64,000 bases of DNA from Basidiobolus meristosporus CBS 931.73. Taxonomy: Eukaryota > Fungi > Basidiobolomycota. The position numbers and the translations under genes were made by a program. Location: contig MCFE01000291.1 of the NCBI GenBank assembly GCA_002104905.1, positions 1-64,000 of the forward strand. The letters run 5' to 3'. Of this stretch, positions 37,899-48,561 are shown piece after piece (within the stretch, counting starts at the first letter, position 1; every line of letters starts with the position of its first letter). The notes under the pieces are model-generated. The model saw only the letters and a list, made by a program, of their open reading frames with translations. It was not told the DNA's origin and did not search any database.

Positions 37899-40800
37899 CT
37901 AAATGTTCATACTGACTAGTCCTAATTTTGACCTAAAATATTCAAACTTGTCTCTAGCTAATGGTTTGGTAAATATGTCTGCAATCATTTCATCTGTAGG
38001 ACAGTAAACTAAGCTAACTAAGTTATTCTCTATAGCTTCACGTATGAAATGATGTCTAATATCTATGTGCTTGGTTCTAGCATGAAAAGTTGGATTTCTA
38101 CCTAATTGTATACATCCTTGATTATCTTGAAATAAAGTAATAGGCGTTTTTTGACACAGGCCTAAATCTGTAAAGAGCTTTCTTAACCACATTGCTTCTT
38201 TTGTAGCTTCACAGGCTGCCATATACTCTGCCTCTGTAGTAGAAAGTGCTACGGTTGGTTGCTTTCTTGAATTCCATGAAATGGCTCCTTTACAGTAAAG
38301 AAAGGTGTATCCTGTGGTGGATCTTCTGTCTTCTAAATTTTGTCCCCAATCAGCATCAGAGTATCCCACAAGATCCTGTTCTGAATCCTTATAAGTGTAT
38401 CTTAAGCAGATATCAGCAGTTCCTTTTAGGTATCTAAAAATCCGCTTAACTGCTGCAATATGATCAGATCCATAATTCTGATTATGTTGGCTGACAACTC
38501 CCACTGAATATGAGATATCTGGACGTGTTCCAAGCATGATATACATCAGACTGCCGACCATAGATTGATAAGGAAAGTCAGGGCTTTCAGATGGCACCAA
38601 GCTCTCTTGATTTGGTTGAGTTTTGACCAAGTTAAGGTTTGTCTCCATTGGGGTAGCTGCTGGTTTACAGTCTTCCATTTTGTACTTCTTTAGTATATCT
38701 TGAATATACTTGGATTGACTTAGGGTAATAGTCTGGGTACTTCTGTCTATGGAGAACTTAATCCCTAAGTAGTAACTAAGTTCTCCTAGATCGGACATCT
38801 TGAACTCCTTAGATAGGCTGGATTTAGTCTCTTCCAATGTTTCTAGGTTATTGGCGGCTATAATAAGATCATCCACATATAGAGCTAATAGAACTGGATT
38901 TGCTCTATCTGGCTTATAGTATATACTATAGTCAGCATTACTCCTTTTGAAACTCAAAGATTCCAAATAAGAATCTATCTTGCAATTCCAGGCTCTCAGG
39001 GATTGTTTGAGACCATATAGTGACTTTTTAAGCTTGCAGACCAAATGGGGGTTATCTTGGTCAACAAACCCATCAGGCTGGTCCATATACACGTCCTCAT
39101 CAAGTTCTCCATTCAAAAATGCAGTTTTTACATCCATTTGATGAATAAAAAACTTATATTTGGCTGCAATAGCCAATATTAATCTGATGGAATTAAACTT
39201 GGCTACCGGTGCAAAGGTCTCAGTATAGTCAAGTCCTTTTGTTTGAGAGTATCCTTTGGCTACAAGTCTTGCTTTGTATCTTTCAATTGTACCATCAGCC
39301 TTGTATTTTGTCTTGAAGACCCATCTGCATCCAATTGATTTTTGGTTGATTGGTAATTTGACTAAGTCCCAAGTTTGATTTTCCATCAGTGCCTGATATT
39401 CCTCAGTCATTGCAGATCTCCAAAACTTCATCTGAGGGCTATTTAGGGCCTCCTTTACAGTCTGTGGCTCATCAACATGGACTGAATAGGCATAGGCTAA
39501 GTTTGTACCCTCATTGATATAGTAATTTGGGCTATTTCTTGTCTGATTGGATCTCCGGGCATTTGGTACTGGAATGATCACTTCTGGGATATTCCTGGGC
39601 ACTGATTCTGGCTGAACCACGGTTGTAGAGTCCTCTGGAGTGAAAAAATTTTCATTGTTTTGCTCTGATTCAATCCTGACAATTGGTGGACTTGAGATCA
39701 GATTTTTATCATCATCTGATGTCATTTTTTGTGAAAATTTTGAATTTTCATCAAACAACACATCCCTGGACTTGATCAGCTTCTTTGCTTTGGTATTGTA
39801 GAGTCTGTATGCCTTACTCTCATTGCAGTAGCCCAAAAATATGCATTTTACACTTTTTGGCTCAAATTTTGACTGATTTCCGGCCAGTTTTTTGGCATAT
39901 GCTGTACACCCAAATATTCTTAGATGTTCTGCACTTGGTCTGTATCCATACCATGCTTCAAATGGAGTAGAATCACAAAGTATTCTGTTATAACTCCTAT
40001 TTTTAAGATATACAGCAGTGGCAACTGATTCCGCCCAAAAATCATAGGATAATTTTTGATCATGGATCATAGATCTTGCCATATCAATTATTGATCTGTT
40101 AGCTTGTTCTGCTACTCCATTTTGCTGTGGGGAGTATGGTACAGTAGTCTCTTGCTTTATCCCATGAATTTTGCAGAAGTGGATGAAGAGTTTTGAGGTA
40201 TATTCTCCACCATTGTCAGAGCGTATTTTCTTGATTTTTTCACCAGTTTCTCTCTCCACCATGGCTTTAAACTCCCTGAGCTTAGACAGAGCTTCTTCCT
40301 TTCTCTCCATGAAGTAGACCCATGTGTATCTTGTATAATCATCAATAAAAGTGATTAAATACTTCATCCCGCCTAAGGATAAATTTTGCATAGGTTCACA
40401 CAGATCTGAGTGAATTAGATCTAATTTTTTCTTAGTTTTGATTAACCCAGAGCTCTTGAACGGTTGTCTGGCTTGTTTCCCATATATGCAGGCTTCACAG
40501 TGCTCCAAAATAGCTGGGGGATCAATTTTCACTCCAGAAATTAGCTGATCTTTGATCATTTTACGCAAATAATCAAAATTGATGTGTCCAAATCTCCTGT
40601 GCCAAAGCATTGGTGTTTCTTCATTTAAGTTACTTATATTGGCTTCCAGATATGATGGAATATAAGTCAACTTGTATAGGTTCTGATCTCTGATGCCCGA
40701 AGCAATATGAGCACCATTTTGATCAGTGATCCTGCATCCAGAATTGTCAAAACTGAAACTGAGTCCTTCTGCTGTGGCCTTGCTTACAGAGAGTAGGTTC

Positions 40801-41870
40801 TTGGCTATTTCTGGTACATAGAGTACTTCTTTAAAGGTCAGTGTATGGCTTCCTTCACTGCTTCTAAGGTTTACTTGGATAGTTCCTTCTCCCACTGCAT
40901 CAAGTGTTCTATCGTCACCCATGAAAACCTTCTTAATTGGAATTTCTTGATATTGGGTAAAAAGTTCTTTTTGGTGTGTAAAGTGTTGAGAACCTCCAGA
41001 GTCAATATACCACGTCTGAGAATCCTTGTTTGTGGTCATATTTAGTGCAGATATGAATAGTCTATCTTCAGTTGTTGCAGCATTTCCATATTCAGGCTTC
41101 TTTTGCTGATAATCTCTCTTTTTGAAACACCGGTCTGATGTGTGTCCTTTCCTTTCACAGTAGTTGCAAAATAGGTTGCTGTTGCCTTTGTAGGGTCTTG
41201 GGTACCTCCTTTGTTGGTTATCATTGCTTATTAAAGCATTTTCTTCTTCCTTCTTATTGGTGCTTGATTTTCTTAATTCTTCATCCAGGAGCCTTCCATA
41301 TATGTAATTTAAGGTCAAATCTTCAGTTCTGGACTCTAGGGCTGATACAAGGCCCTGAAACTCATCTGTCAGGCTATTCAGGATGGTAACTATCACATCC
41401 TCATCAGTAGTTGGTACGCCCACAGATTTCATCTCATCTACCAGCAGGGTAATTCTGTTAATTAGATTTTTCATTTCTTCTCCTGGCAGCATCTTTGTAG
41501 TAAAGAATTTTCTTCTCAGATACATTTTCTTGGCAGCTGAACATGACTGGTAGGTGTCTTCTAATGCCTTCCAGGCATTCTTTGCCGTTTTTGCTCTTGC
41601 GCATTGAATTAGCAATTTGTCCTTGACATTAAGGCAAATGCAGTTAAAGGCACTTTGTTCTTTCTTCTGGTACTTTAAGGCTTCCTCTCCCACGTTTTTA
41701 GCAGGGCATTCTTCTCCCATGACAATATCCCAAAGGCCTCTTTCTTGCAGCAGCATCTTCATCTTCACCTTCCACACTTGGTAGTTAGATCCATCCAACT
41801 TTTCAGCAGAGGGAAAAATTCCAGTAATAGCAGTAGTAGACATTGCAGAGAGTGACAGCTTGGGGCTCAT
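37899..41870 (-). CDS. Copia Gag-Pol polyprotein (Gag, Zn knuckle, protease, integrase, RT, RNase H) in a single ORF; start probably 41870 or 41843 rather than 42002
   Basis: NYQVWKVKMK..GLWDIV; CNYCERKGHTSDRC; WYIDSGGSQH; WHRRFGH..CEAC; LIHSD..FIDD..SDNGGEY..QNGVAE; HQMDVKTAFLNG..YGLKQ..LYVDDL; YSDADW..STTEAEY..TKHIDIRHHF..ADIFTK. Copia domain order (integrase before RT). Confidence 0.97.
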   Translation of the reverse strand: MSPKLSLSAMSTTAITGIFPSAEKLDGSNYQVWKVKMKMLLQERGLWDIVMGEECPAKNVGEEALKYQKKEQSAFNCICLNVKDKLLIQCARAKTAKNAWKALEDTYQSCSAAKKMYLRRKFFTTKMLPGEEMKNLINRITLLVDEMKSVGVPTTDEDVIVTILNSLTDEFQGLVSALESRTEDLTLNYIYGRLLDEELRKSSTNKKEEENALISNDNQQRRYPRPYKGNSNLFCNYCERKGHTSDRCFKKRDYQQKKPEYGNAATTEDRLFISALNMTTNKDSQTWYIDSGGSQHFTHQKELFTQYQEIPIKKVFMGDDRTLDAVGEGTIQVNLRSSEGSHTLTFKEVLYVPEIAKNLLSVSKATAEGLSFSFDNSGCRITDQNGAHIASGIRDQNLYKLTYIPSYLEANISNLNEETPMLWHRRFGHINFDYLRKMIKDQLISGVKIDPPAILEHCEACIYGKQARQPFKSSGLIKTKKKLDLIHSDLCEPMQNLSLGGMKYLITFIDDYTRYTWVYFMERKEEALSKLREFKAMVERETGEKIKKIRSDNGGEYTSKLFIHFCKIHGIKQETTVPYSPQQNGVAEQANRSIIDMARSMIHDQKLSYDFWAESVATAVYLKNRSYNRILCDSTPFEAWYGYRPSAEHLRIFGCTAYAKKLAGNQSKFEPKSVKCIFLGYCNESKAYRLYNTKAKKLIKSRDVLFDENSKFSQKMTSDDDKNLISSPPIVRIESEQNNENFFTPEDSTTVVQPESVPRNIPEVIIPVPNARRSNQTRNSPNYYINEGTNLAYAYSVHVDEPQTVKEALNSPQMKFWRSAMTEEYQALMENQTWDLVKLPINQKSIGCRWVFKTKYKADGTIERYKARLVAKGYSQTKGLDYTETFAPVAKFNSIRLILAIAAKYKFFIHQMDVKTAFLNGELDEDVYMDQPDGFVDQDNPHLVCKLKKSLYGLKQSLRAWNCKIDSYLESLSFKRSNADYSIYYKPDRANPVLLALYVDDLIIAANNLETLEETKSSLSKEFKMSDLGELSYYLGIKFSIDRSTQTITLSQSKYIQDILKKYKMEDCKPAATPMETNLNLVKTQPNQESLVPSESPDFPYQSMVGSLMYIMLGTRPDISYSVGVVSQHNQNYGSDHIAAVKRIFRYLKGTADICLRYTYKDSEQDLVGYSDADWGQNLEDRRSTTGYTFLYCKGAISWNSRKQPTVALSTTEAEYMAACEATKEAMWLRKLFTDLGLCQKTPITLFQDNQGCIQLGRNPTFHARTKHIDIRHHFIREAIENNLVSLVYCPTDEMIADIFTKPLARDKFEYFRSKLGLVSMNI

Positions 41871-41874
41871 AACC
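41863..41874 (-). other. Primer-binding site GGTTATGAGCCC, complementary to the anticodon arm of initiator tRNA-Met (half-tRNA priming type)
   Basis: It directly abuts the 5' LTR; the plus strand reads GGGCTCATAACC, the conserved tRNA-iMet anticodon stem-loop sequence. Confidence 0.9.
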
Positions 41875-41965
41875 TGTTGTAAGAGTCTTGGAGATATTGG
41901 AAGTGACTTGGAGAATAAGTAGATTATGTGGTTTTCACTTAATGATTTATTGAATGTAAAAGTAG

Positions 41966-41973
41966 TATTTATA
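41966..41973 (-). promoter_or_regulatory. Candidate LTR TATA box (TATAAATA), with AATAAA at 41951-41946
   Basis: The motifs are conserved in the young LTR copies and lie downstream of the 42002 ATG on the coding strand. Confidence 0.5.
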
Positions 41974-43225
41974 CTTTTACATGGTCTTGGCATTACAAAC
42001 ATGTAGAATAGATTAAGGAAGGTCCCAAGAACATGTGTGCAAAGTTTGGGGCTGTTTGGACAACTTTGAGAATTTTCATGTTCTGGGTACCTGGTATTTT
42101 GGTGAAAATATTCTAAGTAAATCCCGACAAGGAATTTGGTCAGTATTCTCTAGGATTTGAAGGTGATGATCTAAGTGACTAAGTTAGGTGAATATTTAGG
42201 TGGAAAATACGAATTTTTACAACACCAAAAACATGTGTGCAAAGTTTGGGGCTGTTTGAACAACTTATCAAATTTTCATGTTCTGGGTAAATATTCTGAG
42301 TAAATCCCGACAAGGAATTTGGTCAGTATTCTCTAGGATTTGAAGGTAGTGATCTAAGTGACTAAGTTAGGTGAATATTTAGGTGGAAATATGAATTTTT
42401 ACAACAATGTAGACTACAATTTAAGTAACTAAGTTGGTGGAATATTTAGGTGTAATTATAAGACATACAACTTTGTCACTTATATCATTTTCTGTGAACT
42501 TCACTACTGGTCAAATTCCTTTGTTGTTTGATTTTCCATAGTTTGGTCAAAATGTCAAGCACATAGTGCACGTAGGTTAAATACAATGCCTAATAGACAC
42601 CAAAATCTGTACATGTACTTCTGCAACCTCTAAAGCATACCATACAGGCTTATTTTGCCAAGATCATGGAGAAGTATGGAGACCACTTTTTATTCCAAAG
42701 ATCATCAAGTGAGAGCCACATCACCTTGTTACTTCTGTTACTTGGGATATCTCCATGGCTGTGATATCACCATGATATTTTATTTATAGTTGTCAAGATA
42801 CTGTCAATATTTGGCAGAGCTTGTAGAGTATATCAATTTTGTTGTAATCATTTAACTTTCACCTAAACCACTCAAATATTCCCTAAGAAACAAAATCAAG
42901 AAAAGGCCAGCAGAGTACCATCATAATGATAGCTAAATTCCCAGTATCGCAAATATGACAACTCTCCATATCTCAGGTACCAGCTGTTGGGCACACCAGC
43001 AGATAAATTCTCTTGAAGGAGACTATGCCAACTTGCAATCAGACCAAACTTGGCAATCAGCTGATTACAACTTATGCCAAAAATTGCAACTAAAAGTTTA
43101 AGGACAAAACACCAGCTAAATACCAGCAAAATATCATTGGAATACCAGCTGAAAAGCAGATGAGTTGCAAGTTTGAGAGTCTTCATTAGGATTGTAATAT
43201 TATACTGGGCTTATTACTAAGTTTT

Positions 43226-43306
43226 TGTTGTAAAAAAGTTGTAATTCCACCTAAATATTCACCTAACTTAGTCAATATTTAGGTGGAATTCCAAATTTTT
43301 AAAACA
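43226..43306. repeat. Fold-back (inverted) junction of LTR terminal sequence
   Basis: AATTCCACCTAAATATT-cacctaacttagtc-AATATTTAGGTGGAATT is a perfect 17-bp inverted repeat, flanked by TGTTGTAAAA...TTTTAAAACA. Confidence 0.8.
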
Positions 43307-44166
43307 CTACTTATAGATTAAGTTTGTAATATACATAGCTAATTCACAATTTGTGAAGGTCTGCAAGGTATCAATATGTTCAAGCTTGTCCAAATGCCCC
43401 CTAACTTGGCATACAGCTTCCTGTGACCTTACCTATAACATTCTTATGATCAGCTTTGCAAAGCCCCCCTAAAAGTGTAAATACTCTATCTTAACTAACT
43501 GAAACAACAAGTGAATGGCATGCAACTCTTCTAGTTCACCTAGTCACTTCCAATACTCCCTGTAATCTGACAATGATTTTTTATTGACTAATGTTGTAAG
43601 ACCATTATATTCTTAGCAATACTCTTGAAAAGAACTTAATGATAAAGCTTTACTTTTTTGGTATTATTTGAGGACTTAGAAGCTGTCTATTCATTTGGGA
43701 TTGTTTAATCATCATCAGATGTTGTATGTAACTTTCTGGAAATTCCAAGCTTTTATTGAGATCATTGCAAAGCTCAACTTGCAGGATTAATTTTATATAG
43801 TATCATGGAGTTCCTTCAGCTTCCTTATGTTGTAAACATTTACTTTACACCTAAATCACTCATACAGTGCAAGACCTTACTCACCTTAACGCAAAGTTAC
43901 AAATTATTTAAGATTCAGCTTGTAAGATATTAGATTAGAATTAGTGAAAGCCTGGAAGTTATCAATATTCTGAAACTTGTCCAAAAGCCCCCAAACTTTG
44001 CACACAGCTTCCTGAGACCTTCCTTGCGGCATTCTTATTATTAGTTTTACCAAGTTCTCTGAAAGTATAAATAGTTTATTTGAACTCAGTAAAACAACAG
44101 CTGAGTATCGTGCAATTCTTCTAGTTCTCCAAATCACTTCCAATACTCCCTGAAATCTTACAACAC
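43307..44166 (+). repeat. Two diverged LTR-family copies in inverted orientation (about 43307-43575 and about 43860-44166)
   Basis: cttgtccaaa..ccccc..aacttt/ggca.acagcttcc and tcacttccaatactccctg.aatct occur in both copies; the second ends tcttacaaca. Confidence 0.7.
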
Positions 44167-44917
44167 CTTAATCACTTGCCATACTTGCTACAGTCCGACG
44201 GCATGCATTCATTGATAATAGTGTTATCGGAAAGGCAAAAAATGAAAGCTGCTTCAGAAATTATAACAAGTGGGCTGGGATATTTCAAGACTCAAAACCA
44301 CACTTCAAGTTTATGGTTACACGAAAGGACCAAGTAACTATATCAATATGCTTTAGTATTAGTAGTAGTATGGTGTTATAAATCAATAACCCTGTCAGCA
44401 TAGGCAGAGGAGGTGAGTGATGGTATTTAGAGAGTAGCCACTACCTAGCACTAAATCATCCAGTCCATTATTTCTGCATGTGTAGTATACTGCAATAATT
44501 CAATCACCTCCAGCAAAATATAACAGCGATCAGATCCCAACAGACCTTGTCTCCTCTGCAAACATGAATACATATCCAGGAATATATGTGGGAAAGAAGG
44601 GATACTCAGCAATAATATATAGTATTGCAACTTGAAAGCTCAATGATCATTATGTCATACAAAGGGTGCTCTCATATTAATGTTTATCCCTTTTCCTCAG
44701 ACACCTACTCATGTACATAAATACAGATCATATGAATGGGTGATGCAAGGATGTCAATTGATACCAATGTTACGGATCATCGAAAAATAGAATATACAAA
44801 ATGGGATTGAGCCCCTGCACAAAATTCTCATGTCTAATTCAATACCTTTGGAGTGAAATGGCCTGTTTCGAAATCGTCGCAAATACTGTGCTCTTCTGAA
44901 TAAACATAATATCTACC

Positions 44918-45470
44918 ATGCTGGAAAAATTAAACGAACTTGACCAAGACTTCTTGAATACGTTGCAGCAAATCTCAACCGCAAGCGACCAGAATTCTAC
45001 AGATCAAACGATACATTGTTCGTTGTCTAATTGTCGCCTACTCTCACGATCAACTGCTCCTAACACACTAAAAAACTTATGTAGCACTAGAAACAAGCAT
45101 ATCAAAGTTCATTCAACTATCTAAAGATCTAGAAACTCAGCTAACAGCACTGAAAGATAAGGAATTTTCAGATGAAGCAGCTACCTTGGAAGAGGTAGAT
45201 TGATAACAAAACTGAAATGAAATTTATATACTTACATTCTCGGCCTTCACTATTTTATAGGAAATTAAGATCTTGAAAGAAGACATTCGTACAAAAGACC
45301 AAGTCATCGACAAGTATGTCGATCAAATCAAAGAGTGGGAGAAAGAGCTAGGTTCCCTGGAAAAACGCGATGCTGAGATAATGCTCAAAGGCAGTGAAGG
45401 CAGCTCGGACATGTCACTTACACAGACGAAATCCGAATTGAGGCCAGTAGTTGAATTTGAAGAGTTTTGA
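44918..45470 (+). CDS. Small coiled-coil protein resembling Mediator subunit Med28, 3 exons
   Basis: Spliced MLEKLNELDQDFLNTLQQI..TDQTIH|SLETSISKFIQLSKDLETQL..TLEE|EIKILKEDIRTKDQVIDKYVDQIKEWEKEL parallels, from memory, the Med28 pattern (..IQKFLDIAR..E..ELRNELQRKDALVQKH..KL..WQ..L). Confidence 0.55.
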
Positions 45471-46334
45471 GCGTTAAGCTCAACATTTAGTCAACAAGTA
45501 TTATGTATGCACTAGTCTTTCTGCTCATACCATCACGACTGTCACTGAATGGGAAGTCTCAACTATGAATGACGTAAATAGAACCCAGATTCTACTACAA
45601 GTCGAGATGCGAATTAGCAGCACTTCAGATGATTGGCGAGTGCATGAAACCAATATTTACGACCAATAAATCCACTGGGCACGTAGAGTAACTTCTAATT
45701 TCCAGCTTTTGTCAGTTGAAATCCCTAAAATATGCCGTGGTGAATGCTAGCAATATATGCTAATGCATGTAATGACTGATCTTTCAAGAGAGGCCAAGTG
45801 ACCAACCACGTTCTACCAGACAGCTCTTGGTGAGCCCCGAATGTGATTTTTATGATATTCCACATTTCCTGGGATCAGGCTGAATTAACGAAGGGAATAT
45901 ACTTGATTTATCTCTGAACAAGGCTAATTTAATTGTCGCGTTGGATGTCGATCCAAAAGCTGTATATGACCCAAGCCGTGATATATTTAATCATGCCAAT
46001 TGCCTGTCCCTCTTATTTACAGACAGCCTGAAGCTTGACACGTGTTGGCCACTTGGAAGTACTTCTCCGCTTGCAGCGTACTATTTATCAACCTTTACAG
46101 TACAGCTACTTATTTTAGATAGTTATTTGTTGCTCCATACTTGAAACACTCCAACCATAACTCCGCCGCTCTATTGCTCTTGAAGTTGTCACTGGAAATA
46201 TCTTCAAGGCTAAGGTAGGGTCCTATTGTCGTTTGTTTCCTTACTCCTCATCCTTACTAATCGCTGCCTTAGCCAAAGTAACATCAGGCTTTTGTCAAGT
46301 AATTACAAGCCTTGATACTAATAATAAATACAAT

Positions 46335-48028
46335 ATGGCCTCTTTATTAACTAATCGCCAAAGAGAAGAATTGTACGTAGCCAACTTGATACCTCGCTTG
46401 GATATGGAAAATGTAAACTAATATTCAACAAGACAACGGGCTATTCTAGATTTTTTGCATGTAAATGGCTATACAGATTCCTACGAAACACTAAAACGTG
46501 AAAGTCATAATGAGGAGTTCAATCCGGACCCAATGCAGAAATATACTGGATTATTGGAAAAAAAGTGGACTTCGGTTATTAGATTACAAAAAAAGGTAAC
46601 CAGACGCTGGACCATTGCTGTTTCCATTGGTATCTTAAACTCAACCTTCGGAACACACTGTTAACGTGATTTTGTATAAAACAATAGATCATGGACTTAG
46701 AAAAGCAGATGTCACAGATTAAAGAGGAATTAAGCTCTGCACCTATTCGTAAGGCCGCCAACTCCGTCGATTGGATTCCTAAAGCGCCAGAAAAATATAA
46801 TCTAACTGGACATCGCAACCCCATCACTCGAATCGCTTTTCATCCCGTCTTTTCGATCGTGGGCTCTGCGTCAGAGGATACTACCATTAAAATCTGGGAT
46901 TACGAAACTGGCGAATTTGAGCGTACTCTGAAAGGCCATACTAAGGCTGTAACGGATATCGTTTTTGATGTCAAAGGCAACTACCTTGGTAAGCATAGAC
47001 CACGCCAGCATTCGCAGCTACAAGGCCTTAAATTCAACTAAAACTCCATGTTGCAGTTTCTTGCTCCGCCGATTTAACCATTAAAGTATGGGATCTGACT
47101 AATGACTACAAATGCATCAAAACCCTGTTTGGACACGACCACAGTATCTCCTCCGTTGTTTTCTTCCCTGCTGGAGATAAGATTGTTTCAGCCTCAAGAG
47201 ACAAAACCATTCGTATATGGGATTTCGCATCTGGGTATGCTCACTTAAATGCCAGATGTTTACTGAGCTTTCTTCTGAGAAATACCCGATAGATACTGCG
47301 TCAAAACCCTCACTGGACATACCGAATGGGTGCGGAGTATCTCCATTTCCGAAGACAACCTACTTTTTGTATCAGCTTCTAACGACCAAGTAAGTGGTGG
47401 CTTAGCTTTTGCTACATATAGTTCACACCTCATATGTCGACATGTTTTAGAGTGTGAAGGTTTGGGATGTTGAGACCGGGGAGTGTAAGCTGGATCTGAG
47501 AGGCCATGAACACGTTGTTGAATGCGCCATCTTCGCCCCCGTCCTATCATATCCTTACATTAGAGAACTGGTCGGGATAAATGTAAGGTCGCCCGCTCAT
47601 ACCCGTCGTGTATTCACTTACAAACTTGTCGGTTTTTAGGGAAATTCCAAAGATCAACCGATACCTGGGCAATTCATCGCGTCAGGATCCAGGGATAAAA
47701 CTATTAAATTATGGGACGCCACAGGACAATGTATTCGTACTTTTGTAAGTGTCCCAACATTCATTGAGTTGTTGCAATATCTCATGATCTTCTCCAGGTT
47801 GGGCATGATAACTGGGTTCGCGGCTTGGTATTCCACCCTAGTGGCAAATTCCTGCTAAGCGCCTCTGACGACAAAACCATCAAAATATGGGAAATCAAAA
47901 CTGGTCGCTGCATGAAGACTTTCGAGGCACACAGTCATTTCGTAACATGTATAGCCTTTAATATGTCGAGCCCAGTGGTTGCTACTGGAAGCGTTGACCA
48001 GATCTTAAAAATATGGGAGTGTTGCTAA
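46335..48028 (+). CDS. nudF: LIS1/NudF/Pac1 dynein regulator (LisH, coiled coil, WD40), multi-exon
   Basis: [36 protein letters not shown]|[57 protein letters not shown] and further WD repeats. Confidence 0.96.
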
Positions 48029-48561
48029 ATGGAGAACCGTTCACAATGTACGATATACGATACTCCTTTGTGAGGTTCTAATGGTTTTACGTTCTAGCTG
48101 CCATGGCAATTTGCTGGTCAGCTCTTCTCAGACGCTTTATTCCCTGAGCAAATGATATACAGAGTATTCCCTGGTCAAACATCTTCAACAATGCCTTATG
48201 GGCGAATGATGGTGTTTTTATCTTTATTTGCATACTGTTTACGCATCGATCTCTATTTTTTTCGTATTCTTAGCTGCTCACATATATACCCGCTATATCA
48301 CAATACTCTTTTGTATTACCCTATCTTTTAATGAATTCAAACTAATTATCCTAGCAATAGGAGTTGAAAACCGAATACCTGTAAGAAACACAAGATATCT
48401 AAAGACTAACACTTTAATTTATGGAATATTTAGTGACTATATGGATAATTTGCTGATACATGGCATCAAATAACTAGCAGGGCAAACACGATGCAAGCAT
48501 ATTGACTTTCAAAATCCAATCACACAATAAGATTAAGTAGTAAAGTATCCAGATGGCCGTC

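Larger units (their letters stand above)
37538..42224 (-). mobile_element. Full-length Ty1/copia LTR retrotransposon (4687 bp): 5' LTR 41875-42224, 3' LTR 37538-37887, TSD CCAAG/CCAAA
   Basis: Two 350-bp LTRs with TGTTGTAA...TTACAACA ends and 5 differences counted by eye; PBS next to the 5' LTR; PPT next to the 3' LTR; intact gag-pol between them. Confidence 0.98.
37383..42406 (-). mobile_element. Middle solo LTR (37383-37537 plus 42225-42406), split by the full-length element; TSD ATGTA
   Basis: Starts TGTTATAAGAG and ends TTTTTACAACA; ATGTA at 37378-37382 and 42407-42411. The halves join at ggtcccaag/aacatgtgtgc, as in the intact LTR. Confidence 0.92.
37096..42472 (-). repeat. Outer, oldest LTR copy split by nested insertions (left part about 37096-37382, right part about 42407-42472)
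   Basis: cagattcttggagatattgaaattggttgggagaa...ctctaagatATGTA resumes after the insert as ATGTAgactacaatttaagtaactaagttgg...tacaac; it is colinear with the LTR consensus but more diverged. Confidence 0.82.

Noticed and set aside
41871-42002. ORF-track start of gag-pol at 42002 inside the LTR
   Set aside because: It lies upstream of the candidate LTR TATA box, so it is unlikely to be transcribed. The same frame gives the spurious ORFs at 20195-20434 and 37102-37338.
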